Assembly (NCBI GenBank): GCA_022572355.1
Contig: JACZWC010000011.1
Span: 3,489 to 67,488, forward strand
From: Bacteroidota bacterium
GTDB lineage: Bacteria; Bacteroidota; Bacteroidia; NORP154
Direction: 5' to 3'
Length of the DNA stretch: 64,000 nucleotides
Shown here: piece after piece, positions 42,100 through 50,400 of the stretch
Position numbering within the stretch: position 1 is the stretch's first letter
Layout: every line of letters begins with the position of its first letter
Program-made: the position numbers and the translations under genes
Notes under the pieces: model-generated
Told to the model about the DNA's origin: nothing
The model's input: the letters and a program-made list of their open reading frames with translations, nothing else
The model's database searches: none

Positions 42100-42580
42100 T
42101 GGATAAATATCACCGAGCTGGGTTTGGAGTTGGTTCCGAGGAACCGGATAGCGGTAATAGGGCAACAAATTTGGTCGAGTAAGTCCCGTTAGGGACGTGA
42201 TACTTAAATTCTAGTTAGTGGGATGGGAGAAATCCCACGCCTTCAGGCGGCAACTTTAGTTTAACATAAAAACCCACGTCCTTGCGCCACCGCTATAGCT
42301 TCAGCGCACGCGGTTGGGCGCGGTCATGCCTGCGTGCCGTAATGCCGACACTCCGGTATGCCAGGCATGTTCTGCTGGCTATGCCTTCTTGTTTGTCATT
42401 TACTATTTTATGAACAGTTGAATAATAGAACAACCGAACAATAGAATGAAGAAATTTATTAACCAATCAGATATAATACTTCATAATTCGTAATTCAAAT
42501 GTTCAGTTGTTCAAATGTTCAGAAGCCCCCCTTTGGGGGCAATTCAATGCCACCTTCTTAGAAGGTGGATTTTTATTATC
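42100..42580 (+). other. Structured non-coding region (candidate sRNA or long structured 3' UTR)
   Basis: No ORF on either strand. It contains four short perfect hairpins (42132-42145, 42183-42196, 42218-42238, 42238-42249) and a GC-rich core at 42263-42385 with an 8-bp inverted repeat (CATGCCTG 42325-42332 / CAGGCATG 42362-42369). A 13-nt direct repeat (42494-42506 and 42510-42522) and a GCCCCC/GGGGGC hairpin (42525-42540) follow, and the region ends in a terminator. Confidence 0.35.
42550..42577 (+). terminator. Rho-independent terminator
   Basis: An 8-bp stem, CCACCTTC (42550-42557) pairing with GAAGGTGG (42561-42568), with a 3-nt loop, followed by ATTTTTATT. Confidence 0.65.
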
Positions 42581-42624
42581 AAATTGGTCAATGCGTTAAA
42601 TATAGTAAATTGGTCAACGGGTTA
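42581..42624. repeat. Two 18-bp direct repeats AAATTGGTCAA(T/C)G(C/G)GTTA upstream of the EEP-family gene
   Basis: Copies at 42581-42598 and 42607-42624 (16/18 identical, 26-bp period), ending 50 bp upstream of ATG 42674. Confidence 0.7.
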
Positions 42625-42673
42625 TTACCTTACATTTTTTCTAAAGGTTTGTTGTTAAGCTGACCATGGGATT

Positions 42674-43849
42674 ATGCAAAAAGTAATTCTAATTCTGAAC
42701 TATCTGGCTGCTCTTTGTCTCCTAATCTCTTATCTGGCATCATTTATCAGTCCTGAATTATTCTGGCCGGTTGCATTTTTCGGTCTGCTCTATCCGGGCT
42801 TGCTGCTGGCTAACATCGCGTTTGTAATATACTGGATCCTCAGGCGAAAAAAATATGTGTGGATTTCTATAATTTTCATAGCCATCGGATGGACACATCA
42901 TTCCCGGATATTACACTGGGATAAAATCAGTGAGAGTGAAGAGCAGGAGTTTGCGTCAGCAGAGAACAGGTTTAAATTAATGTCTTATAACGTTCGACTT
43001 TTTGACCTTTACAATTGGAGAAGTGATAAGAATAAAGTAACGCGCGATAAGATCTTCGATTTTATCAATGCGGAATCAGCTGACGTGCTATTACTGCAGG
43101 AGTTTTTCGTGGACGATACCAAATACTTCCGGACCCTGGATACCATGCTATTATTTCTGGAAGCACGAAACTATCACGTAGAGTATACCACTTCATTAAG
43201 GGGAAATAACCACTGGGGAATAGCTACTTTTAGTGTGTTTCCTATAGTGAATCGCGGTAAAGTGGAATTTTCTGAAAAGAGCAATAACATTTGCATTTAC
43301 ACAGATATATTAATCAATACAGACACAATTAGAGTGTATAATTCCCACCTTGCATCTATTCATTTCAACTATGAAGAATACGATCTGATTCAAAAAATGG
43401 GAGGGGTAGGGAATGATGCTCAATCCAGAGATTCATCAGGTAAATTGGGGAATTCCCAACAAATAAAGGATATATCAGATGATGATGTAAGTTTTATAGA
43501 TGTCTCTTTGAAAATGATAGAACGATTAAAAATTGCTTTCAAAAAACGAGCGAGACAGGCTGAGCAGATTGCGGAACACATGGGTCAATCGCCATATAAA
43601 AACATTCATGCCGGTGATTTCAATGACACCCCTACTTCTTATGCATATAGTAAGTTAGTTGAGAATAGAGTAGATGCTTTTGTAAATAGCGGTAGCGGCA
43701 TAGGCAGCACCTATTCAGGTAAGTTGCCCTCCTATCGTATCGATTATATTTTGCATGACAAGAGTTTTCAGTCCCATGACTTTCAAACCATTATTTCTAA
43801 CGAGCTTTCTGATCATTATCCGCTGAGCTGTTGGTTTACAATTAAGTAG
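42674..43849 (+). CDS. Endonuclease/exonuclease/phosphatase (EEP) family protein with N-terminal TM helices
   Basis: 391 aa with three N-terminal hydrophobic helices, followed by the EEP motifs SYNVRLF, LLLQEF, GDFNDTP and SDHYPL. Confidence 0.75.
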   Translation: MQKVILILNYLAALCLLISYLASFISPELFWPVAFFGLLYPGLLLANIAFVIYWILRRKKYVWISIIFIAIGWTHHSRILHWDKISESEEQEFASAENRFKLMSYNVRLFDLYNWRSDKNKVTRDKIFDFINAESADVLLLQEFFVDDTKYFRTLDTMLLFLEARNYHVEYTTSLRGNNHWGIATFSVFPIVNRGKVEFSEKSNNICIYTDILINTDTIRVYNSHLASIHFNYEEYDLIQKMGGVGNDAQSRDSSGKLGNSQQIKDISDDDVSFIDVSLKMIERLKIAFKKRARQAEQIAEHMGQSPYKNIHAGDFNDTPTSYAYSKLVENRVDAFVNSGSGIGSTYSGKLPSYRIDYILHDKSFQSHDFQTIISNELSDHYPLSCWFTIK

Positions 43850-43854
43850 AAGAT

Positions 43855-45681
43855 ATGATCAGGAAAATATCCACATTGCTTTTCGTCTTAGCACTTGTTT
43901 TGTACGCGAACACATTCACCCATGAATTTGTTTTAGACGATCACATTGTAATAACCGGTAATAACTTTACCAAACAGGGGTTCTCAGGTATTGTAGATAT
44001 CCTGACCCATGACGCGTTTATAGGCACCTATGGCGAGGCCTTGGAATTAACCGGAGGTCGATACAGGCCCTTATCGATTGTAATGTTTGCAGTCGAATAT
44101 CAACTTTTCGGGCGCAATCCTCTTGTTGGCCATATAATGAATGCATTGTTGTTCGCATTAACCGGGGTACTGGTTTTTTTACTTATGATCAGGTTATTGG
44201 GAACCAAAAATATATGGGTTCCCCTGATAGCAGCCGCCTTGTTTGTCATACATCCCATTCATACAGAAGTAGTGGCCAACATTAAAAGTCGAGATGAAAT
44301 TCTGGGATTGCTCCTGTCTTTGTCAGTGATTTGGGTGATGTTGAAGGAAAAGAAGCTTCTCACCTATGTGCTGGCTCCATTGTTGTTCTTTTTGGCCTTA
44401 TTATCTAAGGAAAATGCTATCACGTTCATGGCCATTATACCACTATCCTTCTGGTTTTTTACGGATAAGTCCATCAAGCAGATTGGTGTGAACATGATTC
44501 CTCTGCTTCTCGTATCTGTAGTTTACCTTGTAATGAGGGCCAATTTTGCTGGTGTGGTAGGGGATAGGGTTACGACTGATATTATGGATGATCCGTATTT
44601 GAGGGCATCCTTTTCAGAAAAATATGCAACTATTACGTATACCATCTCACGCTACTTAGGCTTACTGATATTTCCCCATCCACTTTCAGCTGATTATTCT
44701 TACAACGAAATTCCTTTAATCGGATGGAGTAGCGCCAAGGCACTGCTTTCAGGGTTCCTTACTTTAGGAATTCTTGGATATGCCCTTAAGGGGTTGTGGA
44801 AAAAAACAGTTGCTTCATATGGCATTTTATTTTTCTTCATCACATTTTCAATAGTATCCAATACAATATTTAACGTGGGCACATCCATGGCAGACCGGTT
44901 CATGTATTTGCCATCCCTGGGTTTTTGTATAAGTATTGCCTCCGTAATGGCTCTCTTGTTTAAAATAAAAAGCGATGAATTGATAAGTTTCAAATTCATT
45001 TGGGTTGCTCCTGTAGTGCTCCTGATGCTAGCTGGAAGCTATAAAACCATAGCCAGAAATACAGTTTGGGAAAGCAACTTTGCACTTTATGAGGAAGATG
45101 TGAAAAACGCACCCAATAGCGCGAGAATTCATCTGTATTATGGCATTGAGCTAATTGGAAAGCACGGAAGATCTGGTGTAAAGGAATATATAGATCTGGC
45201 TATTGAGGAAATAAGTCGTTCTGTGAAGATCAATCCGGATTTTCACCATGCCCATTATAACTTGGCAGTAGCCTATGAAAAAGCGGAGAGATTTGATGAT
45301 GCCATCGCGTATTATCTAAACACCTTAGCCTTGCAACCTCAACATATCAAGGCCAACCTCAACATAGGATTGCTATACGGAAAAGTAAAGAATGACTATG
45401 GCAGCGCCATCTTTTACTTTAGCAAGTTGTTGAACTCAAACTATCGCACTGTTTACTTGTATGATAATCTTGGAATAGCGTATGCTATGAATGGTGATCT
45501 GGTAAATGCAGTGGAAATTTTCCAAAAGGGTGTAGAGTATAACCCAAACAGCGCGAAATTGCATTTGAACATGGCCATAACACTTGATAATCTGGGACGT
45601 AAGGATGAAAGTAAGCCTTATTACGACCGTGCTTTTGCATTGGATCCTCAGTTAGAAAGGTCCCGTACTACTACTGACTGA
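43855..45681 (+). CDS. Multi-pass membrane protein with C-terminal TPR repeats (TMTC/GT-C-like putative glycosyltransferase)
   Basis: 608 aa. N-terminal FVLDDHIVI motif, about 10 TM helices, and then TPR repeats (HHAHYNLAVAYEKAERFDDAIAYY..., LYDNLGIAYAMNGDL...). Confidence 0.7.
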   Translation: MIRKISTLLFVLALVLYANTFTHEFVLDDHIVITGNNFTKQGFSGIVDILTHDAFIGTYGEALELTGGRYRPLSIVMFAVEYQLFGRNPLVGHIMNALLFALTGVLVFLLMIRLLGTKNIWVPLIAAALFVIHPIHTEVVANIKSRDEILGLLLSLSVIWVMLKEKKLLTYVLAPLLFFLALLSKENAITFMAIIPLSFWFFTDKSIKQIGVNMIPLLLVSVVYLVMRANFAGVVGDRVTTDIMDDPYLRASFSEKYATITYTISRYLGLLIFPHPLSADYSYNEIPLIGWSSAKALLSGFLTLGILGYALKGLWKKTVASYGILFFFITFSIVSNTIFNVGTSMADRFMYLPSLGFCISIASVMALLFKIKSDELISFKFIWVAPVVLLMLAGSYKTIARNTVWESNFALYEEDVKNAPNSARIHLYYGIELIGKHGRSGVKEYIDLAIEEISRSVKINPDFHHAHYNLAVAYEKAERFDDAIAYYLNTLALQPQHIKANLNIGLLYGKVKNDYGSAIFYFSKLLNSNYRTVYLYDNLGIAYAMNGDLVNAVEIFQKGVEYNPNSAKLHLNMAITLDNLGRKDESKPYYDRAFALDPQLERSRTTTD

Positions 45682-47314
45682 GTTTCCTGACCTTTTTAAG
45701 GTTTAGCAGGTTCATTGGGTTGGATTTTAACCCTGATATATTGTTCTGTATTAGCCTGATGCTCTGGTCGTAGTAAAGCGGTACAATAGGTGCTTCATCG
45801 ATAATCAGCTGATCCATTTGCTGGTAGATCTTATATCTCGCTGTATCATCTGTTTCCAATTGGGCAGTCTCATACAAGGCATCGTATTCATCATTTTTAA
45901 AGTGAGTGTAATTAGGGCCAATCGGAGCGAAATTCTTGCTGTAAAATAAAGCAAGGTAATTCTCCGCGTCAGGATAATCCGCAAGCCAGTTTTTTCTAAA
46001 AAGGACAATGCGCGATGTTGCAACCAGTTCTCTAAGGGTAACAGCAGCTTTCACGTCGATCGTAATATTAAATCCTATTTCTCCTAACTGATGTTGAATG
46101 AACTCACACATGTCCAGATAATCAGATGATGTACTGATCTCAATTGATGGCATTGTAACACTTCCTCCATATCCCGCTTCTATAAGAAGTTCTTTGGCCT
46201 TATCCGGATCATATTTATATCCCTTCACTATCGACGTGTCATATGAGGGCATCCCCCTGGGAATGATACCTGCATGAGCAGCAGTTCCTACGTTTTTTCT
46301 CAGGTAAGTGATCATTTTCACACGGTCTATACCATAGTTCATAGCTTGCCTAACCAGCTTGTTGCTGAGTGGACTTGCTTTCACCAATGCCGACTCTTTA
46401 TCTACCAGGATTCCCAGATAATCTGTTTTGAGATAGGGCCGTGATTCCAAAATGAATTTACCTTCGTATTTAGGGTTCAATTCACCAGTATGAGAGAGTA
46501 CTTCATCTATTGGCATCTCGTCCAACCCGGATATGAAATCGAGATCGCCTTTAACAAATTCCAGGAATACAACCTGTTTCTCGCTGAGAAATGATATGGA
46601 AACGGCGTCCAGATAAGGCAGCGATTCACCCTCCGGAGTTTTTTCAAAGTAATTATCATTCTTAACAAAAATTAGCTGAACACCTTCTTTCCACATTTTA
46701 AATTTGAACGGGCCGGTACCCACCGGATGGTTTCTGAAGTCCCTGCCATAGTGCTCTACAATTTCATGGGGAATTACCGAGCAGTATTGAGTGGTCAGTA
46801 AGCCGAGGAAAGGAGGGAAGGGCTGTTTAAGATAGATCTGAAAAGTAGAATCGTCAAGTGCTTTGAATCCAAGGTCCTTGGATTTATCCAAATTATTAAA
46901 GATCCAGGCTCCGGGTGAAGTAACCTCTGGGTTAACGATACGGAAGAGACTGTGCACGAAGTCTTCCGCTATGACCTTTCTTCCCTCCCCTTCAGGAAAT
47001 AATTCATGATCATGAAAGTATACATCAGATCTAAGATGAAAAGTGTACACCATTCCATCTTCTGAAATATCCCAGGAGCTCGCAATACTGGGAATTATAT
47101 TGAGCTCGTCGTCCATTTGAACCAAGCCATTAAAAAGCTGATTAATGGCCCAAATGTTTTCGACATTTCTCGCAAACGATGGATCTAGCGAACTAATACC
47201 TGCAGATTCGTTATACCGAAATACAGTTCTGGAATCTATATTCTCATCAGGATCTTCTGCGCATGAACTGCATAACAGTATAATCAGTAGAAGTATGTAT
47301 GCTGGGAATCTCAT
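45671..47314 (-). CDS. ABC-transporter substrate-binding lipoprotein, family 5 (peptide/nickel type)
   Basis: The likely start is ATG 47312-47314 (MRFPAYILLLIILLCSSCAEDP, a lipobox-like LLCSSC); the track start is 47362. SBP_bac_5-type sequence runs throughout. No permease or ATPase gene is adjacent. Confidence 0.85.
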   Translation of the reverse strand: MRFPAYILLLIILLCSSCAEDPDENIDSRTVFRYNESAGISSLDPSFARNVENIWAINQLFNGLVQMDDELNIIPSIASSWDISEDGMVYTFHLRSDVYFHDHELFPEGEGRKVIAEDFVHSLFRIVNPEVTSPGAWIFNNLDKSKDLGFKALDDSTFQIYLKQPFPPFLGLLTTQYCSVIPHEIVEHYGRDFRNHPVGTGPFKFKMWKEGVQLIFVKNDNYFEKTPEGESLPYLDAVSISFLSEKQVVFLEFVKGDLDFISGLDEMPIDEVLSHTGELNPKYEGKFILESRPYLKTDYLGILVDKESALVKASPLSNKLVRQAMNYGIDRVKMITYLRKNVGTAAHAGIIPRGMPSYDTSIVKGYKYDPDKAKELLIEAGYGGSVTMPSIEISTSSDYLDMCEFIQHQLGEIGFNITIDVKAAVTLRELVATSRIVLFRKNWLADYPDAENYLALFYSKNFAPIGPNYTHFKNDEYDALYETAQLETDDTARYKIYQQMDQLIIDEAPIVPLYYDQSIRLIQNNISGLKSNPMNLLNLKKVRKLSQ

Positions 47315-47411
47315 CTTTTGGACAATCCAAAAATAATAATTTCTGAAAACTGAAAAAGGCAAGAAAATAAAAGTTACTAACCAGATGATTCTGTGCAGAA
47401 GCTATATTCAC

Positions 47412-50400
47412 TTACCTTATTAAGGTAAAGTGCCCAATATATTCGTGGTCATTACCATTCAAATCGGTAGTCCTTATCAGGTAGACATAGACATCCATCT
47501 GGGCTACTTTCCTGCCATTGTTGGCCCTGCCATCCCATCCCATCCATTGCGAGTATTCTCCATCATATTTATAGATTCTATCTCCCCATCTATCAAATAC
47601 GATAAATTCAAATTCCGCCTCGTCAATACCAATAATAGAAGGTTTAAAAAATTTATTCTTATCTATTCTGCTCGCTGGTGCAAATGCACTGGGGGTGAAC
47701 AATATATAGTTGCTTTTAACATCCACCCAAATGCCCATAGTGTCTTTACAGCCATTGGGCTCTTCAATGGTCAACAACACAAAAAAGCGGCCTGTATCTT
47801 GATACTCGTGTTCCAATTCTGTGTAAATGCCCGTTGTATAATCAACACCGTTAATTGTTCCGGTACCAGGGCCCGCAATAATATCATCGTCAAAATCCCA
47901 CTGCCATGATGTGGATGGATCCGTATATGTTGAATTATCCACGATAGTTATTGATGGATTTAACTCAGACAATTCCAGCGGTGTAATGGTGAAGTTCGCC
48001 AATGGTGGCGCAAATACCGATTGCTGTGTTGTGGCCGAACAATTTTGATCTGTGACAACAGTTAAAGTTACATTGTATACACCAGAACTTGAGAAGTCAT
48101 GCATAGGGTTTGTCAAGTTAGATGTGTTAAGCGGCCCAGTTGTAGGATCGTCGAAATCCCATGTATATGTATCTATTGTTCCAGAACTAACCGTGGACTG
48201 ATCAGAATTAAACTGAGAATTGAATTGATCAGGATAACATCCAGCTACAAAAAATGGGTATGGCTTCGGATTTACAGTAACCGTTGCAGAGGCTGTAGCA
48301 GGGGTAGAACAGTTATTGGCATCTGTTACGGTAACATTGTAAGTTTCGGTGGCTGAAGGTGAAATGGCAATTGTCTCTGAAGAGTATAGCGGATTCCAAA
48401 CCCAGGTATAGGGGCCACCATTGCCTCCCGATGCAAATGCAGAAATGGTCGTGTTATCTCCCTCGCAAATAATTACTCCATCAAGGACAATTGTAATTGG
48501 ATCCAAAACAGTGATAATCACAGAATTATTTGCAAGGCAAGCATTGGCATCCTCAACTGTAAATAAATAGGTTGTTGTCGTAGTTGGAGCGACCTGCTGG
48601 GCAGATGTAGTCGGGCCATTGTCCCAATAGTAGATATAGGGCGCTGTACCGTCTTTCCCATATCCTGATATGGTATAATTTTCTCCAAAACAGATGGTAG
48701 CATTCATTGTGACGATTGCCGAAAGTTGTACCGGTTCTTTAACCGTAACAGTCATTGTAGCAACACATCCATTTAAATCAGTGATCACCACGGTCACATC
48801 ACCCTGAGATAAACCAGTGGCCGTGGGGCCAATCTGGCCAGCGGGATCATCCCAAAGGTAGGAGAACGGAAGTGTTCCTCCGGTAAATGACACCGTTGCA
48901 CTTCCTGTGGCATCACCATAGCATTTTACACTATCTGTGGCAATACCCGAAATTACCGGCCCAGGAATATCGAACAATACAATATTTGTTACTACAACTA
49001 CGCAGTTGTTGGCGTCAGTGACTGTAACATTATAAGTACCGGCGAGCAAATCTGTTGCGGTTTGAGTAGACTGAAACAATGCATCGTCCCAACTATAAAA
49101 CCAGGGTTGTGTTCCACCCGTTGGGTTCACAGTAGCCTCTCCGTTCGCATAACCACATTTTGACGGGCTGTTCGTAGCAGTAGCCATTAGCATGGTAGGC
49201 TCGTTGATCTGTATATTCTCTGTTCGGATGCAGCCATTAAGATCGCTGATGTCTACTGTATATATACCCATGGCCTGGCCTGTTAAGCAACTCAGACTTC
49301 CACCGGAAGCAATCCATGAGTAAGTATAACCTGGCGTTCCCCCTGATGGAGTGAGGCAGATGCTGCCATCTGATCCACCATTGCAACTCACGTCAATTAC
49401 ATCAATAGTTGTCAGCAATAATGGTGGCTCACTAATATTGATGGAACTAATCGTGCTACATCCGTTGTTATCAATGATAGATACATTATGAGCTCCTGCA
49501 CACATTAACGAATCAACACTAGCAGTTTGAGCGTTGGTCCAGGAATAAGTGTAAGGAGTCACACCGCCAGTAACCAGTACGCTGGCAGTACCATCACAAA
49601 CACCAAAACAACTGGTATTGGCGAAGCTATCAATTGCACTGGCAAGGAATGCCGGTTCAATAAGCGCAAACGTATCCGATATGGTGCAATTATTGTTGTC
49701 TATAACGGTGACTGAATAATTGTCAGCACTCAGGCCAGAGATAAAAGTGAGGCTCTGTGCAATGAGAGTACCTCCACCATCATACCATAAATAGTCAAAT
49801 GAGGGGGTGCCACCAGATATATAGATGATTGCAAATCCAATATTATCCCCGTTACACAGCAGGGGCGGTGAAATTATAGAATCGATCGCAGGCCCTGCAA
49901 TATCATTGATCACAATGGGCAAGGTATCCTTACAACCCATGCCATCAGTGACATACGCATAGTACGTACCGGCATAAACTCCAGTTACACAAGAATCCAC
50001 TGTTCCCGCAGAGTCACTCCATGCAATTACATACGGTGATGTTCCGCCGAAAGCATTTACACAGGCGCTTCCATTGTTATCGCTGCAGGTGGTGGGCGAT
50101 ACTATGTTTTGCGTAAGGCCTATTTGCGTAGGTTGTGTAATGAGTACGCTGCCAGATATGGAACAGTTATTCGAATCTCTTACAACGACCCCTATTATTG
50201 CGCCCCCCGGTTGTGAACACAAGGCCGCAGCCATTTGATTGGTTTGCAAGTTGGTATCATCCCACAAGTAAGTATATGCTCCTATTCCACCAGATGGGGT
50301 CGCCGTAGCGTTCCCGTCGCAGGCACCAAAACAAGTTACATTGGTAGAAGCCATGGACAGAGTGAGAGGTGGCGGTTCATTGATAATTCCTGAGGCTACA

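Noticed and set aside
42263-42385. GC-rich core as a protein-coding remnant or rRNA/tRNA fragment
   Set aside because: Translating both strands by eye gives only short stop-interrupted peptides. No tRNA cloverleaf or conserved rRNA, RNase P or tmRNA signature was recognisable. It is kept only as part of the structured non-coding finding.
45671-45681. 11-bp overlap of the convergent 3' ends of the TPR-membrane gene and the substrate-binding-protein gene
   Set aside because: Short convergent overlaps are common and no additional structure is visible. It is not informative on its own.
47430-47909. 159-aa plus-strand ORF, and many other 60-100 aa antisense ORFs inside the giant adhesin genes (for example 51481-51774, 55104-55415, 57031-57351, 20582-20881)
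   Set aside because: They lie antisense or out of frame within long, motif-rich minus-strand genes. The biased Thr/Gly/Ser/Val codon composition of the repeats suppresses stop codons in other frames. They have no motifs and no plausible start context.
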